A stretch of 63,126 bases of DNA from an uncultured Bdellovibrionales bacterium (GTDB taxonomy: Bacteria > Patescibacteriota > Minisyncoccia > Moranbacterales > UBA1568), in the NCBI GenBank assembly GCA_964579335.1, contig CAZOFS010000003.1:1-63126 (forward strand), read 5' to 3'. Made by a program: the position numbers and the translations under genes. How positions within the stretch are numbered: position 1 is the first letter of the stretch; each line of letters opens with the position of its first letter. This document shows, one piece after another, positions 25,684 to 36,000 of this stretch. The notes below the pieces were generated by a model that was not told where the DNA came from, searched no databases, and saw nothing but the letters and a program-made list of their open reading frames with translations.

Positions 25684-26010
25684 ATGCCTGTAGAATCTCG
25701 CACCAGAAAAAAGTCACCGGAAGCCTGGTCATTTGTTCCAGACTTTCTTGATCGCATGTTCGAGACAGTTGAAGTGTTTACTGGGCGACTCCTACTCCTT
25801 TTTTCCGATACCGCTGAGACGCTTGTCACTCGGGCAGTACAACGTCTCTTTGGGCTCCTCCTCTTAGGTGTAGGCATCGTGTTTGTGCTTTCAGGTGGTG
25901 CTGAAGTACTCAATCAACTCTTCCGTTTTCCCGGTATTGGCGACATGATTGTGGGGGCCTTTCTTATTTTCGTTACGTCGATTATTCTCCTCGTTACTCG
26001 TCGGCGTTAG
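25684..26010 (+). CDS. Small two-TM membrane protein, YqjE/DUF1469-like
   Basis: Two hydrophobic helices and a basic C-terminal end. It is paired with a DUF883-like gene, as in yqjD-yqjE. Confidence 0.35.
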   Translation: MPVESRTRKKSPEAWSFVPDFLDRMFETVEVFTGRLLLLFSDTAETLVTRAVQRLFGLLLLGVGIVFVLSGGAEVLNQLFRFPGIGDMIVGAFLIFVTSIILLVTRRR

Positions 26011-26041
26011 AGTATGTATTAATTCTTTAATTCTCAACCCT

Positions 26042-26275
26042 ATGGCAAAAATGACCAAGGAAGAATTGCAGGACAAGGTGGTGAAGGAACTCGCTAAGAG
26101 TCGAAAAATGGCTGAGCGTGAACTGGCCAAGATCAAAACGACTGTGACGAGCAAGATGAAAGAAGTCGAGAAGTTTGTCGAGAAAAATCCAGAGAAAGCA
26201 GCCCTCATCAGTGCTGGTATCGGAGCTGCTCTTGGAGCGGCTATGGCTCTCTTCATGAACAAGAAAAAGCGCTAA
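26042..26275 (+). CDS. DUF883 (YqjD/ElaB-like) membrane-anchored protein
   Basis: ORF trimmed to the ATG at 26042. Coiled-coil N-terminal part, then NPEKAALISAGIGAALGAAMALFM tail anchor. Confidence 0.5.
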   Translation: MAKMTKEELQDKVVKELAKSRKMAERELAKIKTTVTSKMKEVEKFVEKNPEKAALISAGIGAALGAAMALFMNKKKR

Positions 26276-26303
26276 TTGTAGGTGATAGCGTTTACGAAAA
26301 GTC

Positions 26304-26332
26304 AAAAAAAGCCAGGGGAAACCCTGGTTTTT
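26304..26332. terminator. Bidirectional rho-independent terminator
   Basis: A-run, CCAGGG-GAAA-CCCTGG, T-run, lying between convergent genes. Confidence 0.75.
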
Positions 26333-26400
26333 GTATGCGCAGTTGTACTCACGGTCGTAGGTTGAAGTGTATGTGTGTTGGAAACGCTAAAAACAGGGGA

Positions 26401-27099
26401 TTATTTGTTTTCTTTTAATCTCCCCGTAAAGCACGGGAGCTTCTTTTCGGTTTTGATCCGGCAGACTTTCTGAGTGAGTTCATTTCGTCCGCTTGCCGCT
26501 CGGTAGTAGCCGTAGCGTACCGGGTTGCGCTCACCATAGTTTTGATGGTAATCCTCAGCGGGGAAGAAGTTAGTGAAGGGGAGGATGCTGGTGACGATCG
26601 GTTTGTCATACACCTGATTATCAGAGAGCCATTGTTTGACCGCTTCAATCTCGCGCTTTTCGTCTTCATTTTGATAAAAAATCGCCGAGGTATAGCTTTC
26701 ACCCCGATCGTGAAACTGTCCCTCCGCATCGGTCGGGTCGATATGATCAAAGAAGTACTCGACGAGCTGGCGGTAACTGACGACGCTCGGGTCATAGTGT
26801 ACCTCGACGCTCTCGCGGTGGCCGGTAGTTTCGGTATTTACGTCCTCATAGCTTGGGTTTTCCTTGTTTCCACCCGCATAGCCCGAGACGACTTCGCTCA
26901 CCCCGAGAACCTTCTGAAAGTCTGATTCGGTACACCAGAAACAGCCACCGGCAAAATACGCCTTGGCTTCGGAAGTAGAGTTTTGCGAGCGTGTTGGTAT
27001 CTCGGGTCCGACCAGGGCTTGGGGCATAGAGAAAATATAAATAGTAATAGCTCCCAAAAGGGTAATGAGAGCGAGGCTTATGAGCAAGGCTTTGGACAT
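26401..27099 (-). CDS. msrA: Peptide-methionine (S)-S-oxide reductase MsrA with an N-terminal signal/anchor
   Basis: GGCFWCTE active-site motif. Hydrophobic N-terminus LLISLALITLLGAITIYIF. Confidence 0.85.
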   Translation of the reverse strand: MSKALLISLALITLLGAITIYIFSMPQALVGPEIPTRSQNSTSEAKAYFAGGCFWCTESDFQKVLGVSEVVSGYAGGNKENPSYEDVNTETTGHRESVEVHYDPSVVSYRQLVEYFFDHIDPTDAEGQFHDRGESYTSAIFYQNEDEKREIEAVKQWLSDNQVYDKPIVTSILPFTNFFPAEDYHQNYGERNPVRYGYYRAASGRNELTQKVCRIKTEKKLPCFTGRLKENK

Positions 27100-27298
27100 G
27101 GGTCTATTTTACCACTTACACTGATACCCTGCCTATTGTCTGTTTCTTTCTATAAGAAGACGTTTCCTCTGAAGGTAAGCCAAGTCTTTATGGAAATATA
27201 TCAGTGTGTCGCAAGGCATCAGTGTGGTGGTTTACCATGGATGGGCACTATCTTGGCCAGGAAAGTTCTTTGACCCGGGGATGATATACTAGGGGCGT

Positions 27299-28066
27299 AT
27301 GAAATTACTCGTCATGAGCTTGATTATTGGCGGAGCACTTCTCGTCGGAGGGGCTTGGTTTTGGTTTGACCGAGATCAGGAACCTCAGCCCATGGTGCTC
27401 GAGAATAAACCCATTGTTCTCGAGGGAGATCAGAAAGAGATTCAAAAAGAAGACATGGAGAGTGGGACTGTCGCCTCTCAGTCCAATGATGCTTTGGCCC
27501 AAGCGCTGTCTGCGGTCGGTGCTCCAGCTCCGTCAACCCCATCCACTAGTGTAGATGAGCCGATCGTCACTTCTCCTTCCGAGGCAGTCCCAACGCCACC
27601 CTCCATATCGATCGTTGACCGCTTGCTCGGGTTTGGTTTTCGCACCCCATCGACACCGCGAACGATCGATACGATTGTGCTCCATTCCTCGTACAATGCC
27701 TCGGGAGGTGATACCTATAACCTCGATAAGATTATCGGTCAGTATGAGCAGTATGGGGTCGGGGCGCACTATCTCATCGATCGGAGTGGGAAGGTATATC
27801 GCCTCGTCAAGGAGAGTGATATTGCCTATCATGCTGGCGAGAGCAAAATGCCTGATGGAAGGAAAAACGTGAACGATTTCTCTATTGGTATCGAACTCAT
27901 GGGGACGGAGGACAGTGGTTTTACCGACAAGCAATATACGGTGACCAATGACCTCATTGCCGATATCAAAACCCGTTACAAAATCAAAGACATTGTTGGT
28001 CACGGTGACGTCGCCCCCAAGCGCAAAACCGATCCCTGGAAATTCGATTGGAAACGGTTGAAGTAA
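27299..28066 (+). CDS. N-acetylmuramoyl-L-alanine amidase (Amidase_2/PGRP fold), membrane anchored
   Basis: IVLHSS, AHYLIDRSGKVY, AYHAG, SIGIELMG and GHGDVAP.RKTDP motifs. N-terminal TM span. Confidence 0.75.
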   Translation: MKLLVMSLIIGGALLVGGAWFWFDRDQEPQPMVLENKPIVLEGDQKEIQKEDMESGTVASQSNDALAQALSAVGAPAPSTPSTSVDEPIVTSPSEAVPTPPSISIVDRLLGFGFRTPSTPRTIDTIVLHSSYNASGGDTYNLDKIIGQYEQYGVGAHYLIDRSGKVYRLVKESDIAYHAGESKMPDGRKNVNDFSIGIELMGTEDSGFTDKQYTVTNDLIADIKTRYKIKDIVGHGDVAPKRKTDPWKFDWKRLK

Positions 28067-28088
28067 TGAAATAATCCTATACCCTATA

Positions 28089-28850
28089 ATGATGAGTATT
28101 GAATACCCAACTGGACCATACAATGATCCCCAAAAAGCGGCTGCCTATTTGGAAGCCAACAAGGGAGCAACCGATTTTGATGGGGTGAATGCCAATGTCT
28201 TTCGTTATTTGCAGCAGATTCTCCCACCTGATCTTTCCGCCAAGAACGTCCTGGATCTCGGGTGTGGCAATGGCCGATGGTCGGAAGAATTTTGCAAACG
28301 TGGGGCGGCCGCTGTGTATGCCGTAGATGTTAGTCCCACCATGATAGTCCAGGCGAAAGAAAGACAACAGTTGAAGCAGCTCTCATCCTTGTATTTGGTA
28401 GTCGGTGACATGCGAGCCCTTCCAGTGAAAGAAAATTCGATCGATACAGCATTTTCCTCCTTTAGCCTCATGTATTTCAATGACGATGATCTCGAACGTA
28501 TTTTCCAAGAACTTAAACGGGTTACCAAGCCAGGGGCGACACTCTATATCGCCACTAACATTATTACTTCACCGGACAAGGAATTTCTGCTTTCTCACAA
28601 AGGGGAGGGAGTCCCGGTCGATCTCGGATTTGAGAAAAAAATGCGCGGGGAGAATCCTATTCAACTCTTAGATGCCTATCATGAAGCGTTGGCAAGAGCT
28701 TCATTTCAATTGACCGATGAACAACATTTCGTACCAGAAGGAGCGGCGATTGTCCAAGAGTATGAACACTATGATAAAGTTGCTCTTGATAAAGTCGTGA
28801 TGGTAGCGTCAAAAGTTCAGGACCTTGAAACAGCTCAGGCGGACTCTTAA
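28089..28850 (+). CDS. Class I SAM-dependent methyltransferase
   Basis: Motif I VLDLGCGNGRWS and post-I AVYAVDVS. Confidence 0.7.
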   Translation: MMSIEYPTGPYNDPQKAAAYLEANKGATDFDGVNANVFRYLQQILPPDLSAKNVLDLGCGNGRWSEEFCKRGAAAVYAVDVSPTMIVQAKERQQLKQLSSLYLVVGDMRALPVKENSIDTAFSSFSLMYFNDDDLERIFQELKRVTKPGATLYIATNIITSPDKEFLLSHKGEGVPVDLGFEKKMRGENPIQLLDAYHEALARASFQLTDEQHFVPEGAAIVQEYEHYDKVALDKVVMVASKVQDLETAQADS

Positions 28851-28899
28851 AATCAATAACCATTTGCAGTGTTTTTCGTACTTATACTTACAGAAATTT

Positions 28900-29193
28900 A
28901 TGTACTCATTCCTCCTTACTCTCACCAAAACTGATGCTAGGCTCGAACTCCGAAAAGGGGAAAGTGTAGTGGCGCACAAAGAATGGCAGGAGAGTCGGGA
29001 TATGGGGCAGCAATTGTTTGAGGCAATTCAGGCTCTCCTTGGAGAGAATGGACTAGGGCCAATCGATGTGGATACATTTGAGCTTCAAACCGAGGTTTCG
29101 GACAACTTTACGAGTGTAAAGATTGCAGAAACAGTGGCCAAGGTGTACACTTGGGGTGTCAGTGTGCAAGCAAAAACAACCAAAAAAAGCTGA
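28900..29193 (+). CDS. Truncated/degenerate TsaB (YeaZ) N-terminal-domain-like protein
   Basis: ORF trimmed to the ATG at 28900. By eye, LLTLTKT...ESRDMGQQLFEAIQALL...NFTSVKIAETVAKVY aligns with TsaB ILAIDT...HS..L...I..LL...GPGSFTGVRIG. Only ~97 aa, and the GPGSFTG motif is lost. Confidence 0.3.
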   Translation: MYSFLLTLTKTDARLELRKGESVVAHKEWQESRDMGQQLFEAIQALLGENGLGPIDVDTFELQTEVSDNFTSVKIAETVAKVYTWGVSVQAKTTKKS

Positions 29194-29238
29194 AATTTGA
29201 ACCTGGAGCTCACGAGCTTCTGGGTTTCTCTGTCTTAT

Positions 29239-29267
29239 TTGACAGTTTTTTGGTTTTTTGCTACTCT
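29239..29267 (+). promoter_or_regulatory. Candidate sigma70-type promoter for rpoBC (TTGACA-17-TACTCT)
   Basis: -35 TTGACA at 29239-29244, 17-nt spacer, -10 TACTCT at 29262-29267. This leaves a leader of about 260-270 nt. Confidence 0.45.
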
Positions 29268-29491
29268 GACAAGTACCTTTAGAGAGAAAGTTTTCGATTT
29301 CACGATCGAGGTCCGTCGAAACACTATTTTCAGCCAAAGGCAAAGGGAATTTCTTCAGAGTTACAGATTGGGAACTGTGAAGATGTTCTCGGGAAAGTGG
29401 TTTCTCGATAGACTCAAAAGCTTAAAGTACGGGTGATGTATCTAGGGCTTCTTGGGACACAAGTAATTCAATAGCTTCCTACTGGACTGGT

Positions 29492-29512
29492 TTTCTTTTT
29501 TCGCCAAAGAAA
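29492..29512. repeat. Small hairpin, AAAGAAAG family copy 3 (inverted orientation)
   Basis: TTTCTTT-TTTCGCC-AAAGAAA. The minus strand CTTTCTTTGGCGAAAAAAGAAA resembles 431-458. It lies 10-25 nt upstream of the rpoB start. Confidence 0.5.
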
Positions 29513-29537
29513 GCTTGGCTCCGTGGGCGTTTTTTCT

Positions 29538-32500
29538 ATGACGAAGGGCAAAGGACTGCGAGTGAAGGACGCTTTTGGATCAGGATCATCCCTGTCCAAA
29601 CGCAAGTTTTTTAAGAATCGTATCACGGTTTCGCTACCGGACCTGATCGAAGTACAGACAGCATCGTACCAGTGGTTCTGGGACAAGGGACTCAAGGAGC
29701 TTCTCGATGAGATTAATCCGATTGGTGACTTTGCCAACAAGGACCTCGAGCTTACGCTTGACCAGTACTATCTTGACGAGCCCAAGTATGGGACGAGTGT
29801 CGCTAAGGCAAAAAATATTTCCTACGAAGCGCCGTTGCGAGCCAAGGCGACTTTGGTCATGAAGAAGACTGGCGAAGTCAAGGAACAGGAAATCTATCTC
29901 GGTGAAGTGCCCCTCATGACTGAGCGTGGTACCTTTATCATCAACGGTGTTGAGCGTGTGGTGGTGTCCCAGCTCATCCGCTCCCCGGGGGTGTTCTTTA
30001 CCATGGAGTATCAGAAGGGGAAGAAACTCTTCGGTGCCAAGATTATCCCTAATCGCGGAGCCTGGCTCGAAATCGAAACCGATCTCGACGGTGTGATCTC
30101 GGTCAAGATCGATCGCAAGCGCAAGCTTCCTATCACCACTCTTCTCAAAGCCTTTGGTCAGAGCGACAAAGACATCCGCAAGGCGTTTGCCGATATCGAT
30201 AAGGGCGAAGTGAAGTTTATCGAAACGACCATCATGAAGGATGGGACGAGCGATCGGGGTGAAGCCTACCGCGAAGTGTATAAGCGTCTCCGCCCAGGCG
30301 ACCTCGCTACCGAGGAAAACGCCAAGCAGATGATCGATGCCATGTTCTTCAACTTTGAACGTTATGACTTCGGCGCGGTCGGTCGCTACCGACTCAATCA
30401 GCGGCTCGAAGTCGATCGTTCGGATACCGAGGCCAACCGTGTCTTGAATGTCGAGGATCTCATCCTCATCATCCGTGAAGTGATTCGTCTCAACAATGAT
30501 CCCGAAGGCAAGGCCGATGATATCGACCACCTCGGAAACCGTCGTGTGCGAGCCGTGGGGGAACTCATCCAGAACAAGCTCCGTGTCGGTTTGTACCGCA
30601 TGGTCCGGAACATCAAAGATCGTATGTCGACCTGTGATGTGGCGACAGTGGTCCCAGGGCAACTTATCAACCCACGTCCGGTCGCTGCCTCGATCAAAGA
30701 ATTTTTCTCGAGTTCACAGCTCTCGCAGTTTATGGACCAGGTCAATCCGTTGGCCGAGCTCGAGCACAAGCGCCGCCTCTCGGCTATGGGTCCTGGTGGT
30801 CTCACACGTGAGCGTGCTGGCTTCGAAGTACGTGACGTTCACCACTCTCACTATGGTCGTATTTGTCCGATTGAAACTCCCGAAGGTCCAAACATTGGTC
30901 TCGTCGGTCACCTCGCGACGTATGCGCGGGTCAATGAATATGGTTTCCTCGAAACCCCGTACCTTATCGTCAAGAAGGAAGTAACTGCTCTCGCCGAGGA
31001 ACTCGAAAACCGTATTTTGGCTGAAACCGTGGCTGGCCTCAAGGCCGGTGAACACTTGACCGCTGAGACAGCCGCCAAAGTAGCCAAAGAAATGAAAGGT
31101 AAGACGGTAAAAGTGAAACCATTTGTGACGCTCGATATCGAGTACCTCAATGCTATCGTCGAGGATCGTAAAATCATCGCACATGCCGGTATCAAGCTCG
31201 ACGAGCATCGCAATATGATCGAGTCGATGGTTGAGGCTCGCGTCAAGGGCCACCCTGAAACGATTGAAGCTGAGACGATTGATTATGTCGATGTCTCGGT
31301 GAAGCAGTGTATTTCGATCGCGACCGCCCTCATCCCATTCCTCGAGCATGACGATGCCAACCGTGCTCTCATGGGTTCCAACATGCAGCGCCAGGCCGTG
31401 TCCTGTGTCGTCCCAGAATCACCGATTATCGGTACGGGGATTGAAGACAAAGCCGCTCGTGATTCGGGTCAAGTCGTCTTGGCTCTCGAAGCCGGCGAAG
31501 TCGTTGAGGCTGATGCTGAGCATATTATCGTGCGTTCCAAAGCGCCAGCCGGAGCCAAAAAAGAATATCTCGATCGCGAATATCCACTCCAGAGTTTTGA
31601 AAAGTCCAATGCCTTTACCTCGATGAACCAGGTGCCTCGTGTAGAGAAAGGGCAAAAGGTAGAGAAAGGCGATCTCTTGGCTGATGGGGCTTCGACCGAA
31701 AATGGAGAACTGGCCCTCGGACAGAATATGCTCGTCGCCTTTATCCCATGGGAAGGCTACAACTATGAAGACGCCATCATCCTCTCTGAGCGTGTAGTGC
31801 AAAAAGATCGCTGGAGCTCGATTCACATCGAGGACTTCTCGATCGATGTACGAGACACCAAGCTTGGGCCTGAGGTAGTCACTCGGGATATCCCCAATAT
31901 CGGTGAGGATCGTCTCAAGCACCTCGATGAAAACGGCATTATCCGTATTGGTGCCGAAGTCTCATCGGGTGATATTCTCGTCGGGAAAATTACTCCCAAA
32001 GGCGAAGGTGATCTCACGGCTGAAGAGCGCCTCCTCCGCGTTATCTTTGGTGAGAAGTCACGTGATGTGAAGGACTCTTCGCTCTATCTCCCGCACGGTG
32101 AACACGGGAAGGTTGTCGATGTCAAAATCTTCTCGCGTGAGAAGGGTGATAAGCTCCCGATGGGTGTGTTTGAGCAAATCCAGGTATCGGTGGCACAGCT
32201 CCGTAAAATCCAAGTCGGTGACAAGCTCGCTGGTCGCCACGGAAACAAGGGTGTTATCTCGCATATCGCACCAGTTGAAGATATGCCGTATCTCCCTGAT
32301 GGGACACCAGTCGATGTGATCCTCAACCCGCTTGGTGTGGCTTCACGTATGAATATCGGTCAAATCCTCGAGACGCATCTCGGTTGGGCTGCTTCTCACT
32401 TGGGATACAAAGTGGCGAGTTCCTCACTTGACGGTGTGTCGGAAACCGATATCAAGGCTGAGCTCAAGAAAGCCAATCTCCCAGAGCACGGTAAGATTCG

Positions 32501-32942
32501 TCTCATCAACGGGAAAACCGGAGAAGGTTACGACAATGAATCAACCGTTGGGGTGATGTACATCATGAAACTCAATCACTTGGTGGATGACAAGATTCAC
32601 ATGCGTTCCATCGGGCCGTACTCGCTTATCACGCAGCAGCCGCTGGGTGGTAAGGCACAGTTCGGTGGTCAGCGTTTCGGAGAAATGGAAGTGTGGGCGC
32701 TCGAAGGTTATGGCGCTGCGCATACGCTTCAGGAAATGCTGACGATCAAGTCAGACGATGTCTTGGGTCGCTCGAAAGCCTATGAGTCGATTATCAAGGG
32801 CGAACCGATCAAGAGCCCCAATATCCCAGCTTCTTTCCATGTGTTGGTCAATGAACTCAAGGGCCTGTGTCTCAATGTCGAGCTCAAGGGTGCCAAGACC
32901 ATCGCTTCAGATGGGGAAGAAGATGATATTGAAACCGTCTAA
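29538..32942 (+). CDS. rpoB: DNA-directed RNA polymerase subunit beta
   Basis: GNRRVRAVGELIQN, NMQRQAVS and LAGRHGNKGVIS motifs. Start taken at ATG 29538 (the ORF opens at GTG 29523). Confidence 0.97.
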   Translation: MTKGKGLRVKDAFGSGSSLSKRKFFKNRITVSLPDLIEVQTASYQWFWDKGLKELLDEINPIGDFANKDLELTLDQYYLDEPKYGTSVAKAKNISYEAPLRAKATLVMKKTGEVKEQEIYLGEVPLMTERGTFIINGVERVVVSQLIRSPGVFFTMEYQKGKKLFGAKIIPNRGAWLEIETDLDGVISVKIDRKRKLPITTLLKAFGQSDKDIRKAFADIDKGEVKFIETTIMKDGTSDRGEAYREVYKRLRPGDLATEENAKQMIDAMFFNFERYDFGAVGRYRLNQRLEVDRSDTEANRVLNVEDLILIIREVIRLNNDPEGKADDIDHLGNRRVRAVGELIQNKLRVGLYRMVRNIKDRMSTCDVATVVPGQLINPRPVAASIKEFFSSSQLSQFMDQVNPLAELEHKRRLSAMGPGGLTRERAGFEVRDVHHSHYGRICPIETPEGPNIGLVGHLATYARVNEYGFLETPYLIVKKEVTALAEELENRILAETVAGLKAGEHLTAETAAKVAKEMKGKTVKVKPFVTLDIEYLNAIVEDRKIIAHAGIKLDEHRNMIESMVEARVKGHPETIEAETIDYVDVSVKQCISIATALIPFLEHDDANRALMGSNMQRQAVSCVVPESPIIGTGIEDKAARDSGQVVLALEAGEVVEADAEHIIVRSKAPAGAKKEYLDREYPLQSFEKSNAFTSMNQVPRVEKGQKVEKGDLLADGASTENGELALGQNMLVAFIPWEGYNYEDAIILSERVVQKDRWSSIHIEDFSIDVRDTKLGPEVVTRDIPNIGEDRLKHLDENGIIRIGAEVSSGDILVGKITPKGEGDLTAEERLLRVIFGEKSRDVKDSSLYLPHGEHGKVVDVKIFSREKGDKLPMGVFEQIQVSVAQLRKIQVGDKLAGRHGNKGVISHIAPVEDMPYLPDGTPVDVILNPLGVASRMNIGQILETHLGWAASHLGYKVASSSLDGVSETDIKAELKKANLPEHGKIRLINGKTGEGYDNESTVGVMYIMKLNHLVDDKIHMRSIGPYSLITQQPLGGKAQFGGQRFGEMEVWALEGYGAAHTLQEMLTIKSDDVLGRSKAYESIIKGEPIKSPNIPASFHVLVNELKGLCLNVELKGAKTIASDGEEDDIETV

Positions 32943-33039
32943 TTAACTAACAACGAACGACTAACCACCAACAACCACTCACAATCAAGACAACCATTTT
33001 GGTTTATTGTCAGTCGTAGGTTGTCAGTTGTCGGTTAAG
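32942..33039. repeat. A/C-rich arm followed by G/T-rich arm: long imperfect inverted repeat with ~7-nt periodicity in the rpoB-rpoC spacer
   Basis: The left arm is made of CTAACAA/CGAACGA/CTAACCA/CCAACAA-type units and the right arm of TTGTCAG/TCGTAGG/TTGTCAG/TTGTCGG units. The outer arms TTAACTAACAACGAACGACTAACC and GGTTGTCAGTTGTCGGTTAA are largely complementary. Confidence 0.55.
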
Positions 33040-33048
33040 AACACGCTT

Positions 33049-36000
33049 ATGCCTCAACCAATCGAAAACATCACCAAGGTCAGTGACTTTGACTCAGTCA
33101 AGCTCACACTCGCTTCACCCGAGGATATCCTCCTCTGGTCCAAGGGCGAAGTCACCAAGCCAGAAACTATTAACTACCGTACTCAGCGCTATGAGCCGGA
33201 TGGACTTTTCTGCGAGCGCATTTTCGGTCCTTCCAAGGACTGGGAATGTTATTGTGGGAAGTACAAACGGATTCGTTACCAGGGTATCGTCTGTGACAAG
33301 TGTGGTGTCGAAGTGACTCGCGCTATTGTCCGCCGTGAACGCATGGGCCATATCAAACTGGCTACCCCGGTCTCGCATATCTGGTTTCTCCGCGGTGTGC
33401 CATCCAAAATCGGTCTCGCGCTTGGGATCGGACCTCAGGACTTGGAGCGCGTGATTTACTTCTCGGCCTATATCATCACCGAAGTCAAAGAAAACCTCAA
33501 AGAGCAGTCGCTTGAAGCGCTCGAGAAAGAGTACAAGGCCAAGCAGAAGGAACTGCGAGCTGAAGAAAAGGATGAAAAGAAACTCGAGAAAATTCTCGAA
33601 GATCTCAAGGAGCAGTATCGTTCGACCAAGGAAGATATCAAAAACCTTCGTCCTTACCAAATTCTCTCAGAAGTAGAGTACTTCAATCTCTCAAGTCGTT
33701 TCGGTCAGGTGTTTACCGCTGGGATTGGAGCCGAAGCAGTGCGCAAAATTCTTGAGAAGATGGACGTGTCCAAGATGGTAGATATTCTCAAGGATGAAGT
33801 AGTGGAGGACGACACCCTCGATCAGAAGAAGCTTCTCCAGCGGCTCAAAGTCTATCAGGGGTTTGAGAAAGCCAATCTCAAGCTTGAGTGGATGCTCCCG
33901 ACGGTGATCCCTGTGATCCCACCTGATCTCCGACCGATGGTGGCGCTTGATGGTGGCCGATTTGCAACTTCGGACCTCAATGATCTCTATCGTCGTATCA
34001 TCAACCGCAACAACCGTCTCAAGAAGCTCATCGCTATCGGCGCTCCGGAAGTCATCACACGCAACGAAAAGCGTATGCTCCAGGAGGCCGTGGACGCTCT
34101 CTTCGATAACTCGGCTCGTCGAGGTCAGGCTTCGACTGCAGCTGCGACCGGTCAGCGCCGGGCACTGCGTTCACTCGCCGATGCTCTCAAAGGCAAACAA
34201 GGTCGTTTCCGTCAGAACCTCCTTGGAAAGCGTGTCGACTATTCTGGTCGCTCGGTCATCGTCGTTGGACCTAAGCTCAAACTCTATCAGTGTGGACTGC
34301 CCAAGAAAATGGCCTTGGAACTCTTCAAGCCGTTTATCATCAACAAACTGATTGAGAAGGAATTGGCGCACAATGTGCGTACGGCTGGCCGCATGGTAGA
34401 TGCTGAAACCGAAGAGGCTTATGAAATCCTCGATGAAATCATTCCAAACCACTATGTGCTGCTTAACCGCGCACCAACCTTGCACCGTCTCTCGATTCAG
34501 GCCTTTCAGCCGGTTTTGATCGAAGGAAAAGCGATTCGTCTGCACCCGATGGTGTGTACCGCTTTCAACGCTGACTTCGATGGTGACCAGATGGCGGTCC
34601 ATGTGCCACTTACTATCGAGGCTCGCGAGGAATCAGCCAATATCATGCTCTCGTCCAAGAACCTCCTCAAGCCTGCTTCAGGAGAACCAATTGTGTCGGC
34701 TACGCTTGATATGGTGCTTGGTTCGTACTACCTCACTCACATCAAGCCAGGGGCTAAGGGCGAAGGCCGCGTGTTTAGCTCAATCGATGAAGCTATTCTC
34801 GCTTACGAAAGCAAGGTGGTCGCCGTCAATGCCAAAGTGAAGCTCTTGTGGCAGGGAGCGCTTATTGAGACCAGCGTCGGTCGGATGCTGCTCAATGATA
34901 GTCTCCCAATGGAGCTTCGCTTCGTGAACGAGGAGATGACCAAGAAAGACTTGAAGGCGCTTATGACGCGCATCCTCGAGACGTTGGGTCAAGATGAAGC
35001 TGCTCGTTTTGCTGATCGCCTCAAGGATCTCGCCTTCCGGGCAGTATCCAAGTCTGGTATCAGCTGGGGTATCGATGACCTCAAGGTACCGGAAGCCAAG
35101 GGTGAACTCATCGCTGCGGCCGAAACCAAAGTGAAGCTCGTTAAGGACCAGTACAACATGGGACTTCTCACCAATGATGAGCGTAAGAATCGCGTGATCG
35201 AAATCTGGAACGAAACCAAGAATGAAATTACCGATGCCGTGCGCGCTTCGCTCGACAAAGAGGGCCCGGTTTACTCAATGGTCTACTCCAAAGCCCGTGG
35301 TTCTGAGTCGGTCGTCGTGCAGATGACTGGTATGAAGGGTCTCATGGCTGGACCAACCGGCGAAACGATTGAGCTCCCTGTGAAGAGCTGTTTCAAGGAA
35401 GGTTTCAATGTACTTGAGTACTTCATCTCAACTCACGGTGCGCGTAAGGGTATGGCCGATACCGCCCTTCGTACGGCAACCGCTGGATACCTCACACGTC
35501 GTCTCGTTGATGTGTCACAAGATATTATCGTACGTGACGAGGACTGTGGTGATACCGAAGGAGCCTATCTTTACCGAGAAGACTCGGACAAAGTTGGTGG
35601 CTCGTTTGCTGCCCGTATTGAAGGTCGAGTTACGGTAGAAGCGATTAAACACCCAGAATCCAAGGATGTGTTAGTCAAGAAGGGTGTGCTCATTACCAAA
35701 GCTCAAGCCAAGCTTGTTGAGGGTCTGGATATTCCCAAGGTTAAAGTCCGTACCCTCGTCACTTGTGTATCGCAGCGCGGAGTCTGTCGCAAGTGTTATG
35801 GCCTCGACCTCGGCCGCAATGCTTTGGTTGAACTCGGAGCTTCAGTGGGTGTTGTAGCTGCTCAGGCGATCGGTGAGCCAGGGACGCAGCTTACCATGCG
35901 TACTTTCCATGTTGGTGGTGTGGCTGGATCCGATATTACCCAGGGTCTCCCTCGCGTTGAAGAAATCTTTGAAGCTCGTACACCCAAAACTGAAGCTATC

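Noticed and set aside
29197-29436. 79-aa ORF in the rpoB upstream region
   Set aside because: It has no SD, spans the predicted promoter and leader hairpins, and has a low-complexity hydrophobic start. It is treated as non-coding leader.
29634-30662. 342-aa minus-strand ORF, plus 30714..31349 and 31419..31922 (-)
   Set aside because: They are antisense to rpoB, whose identity is unambiguous. Long antisense ORFs of this kind are typical of GC-balanced coding DNA.
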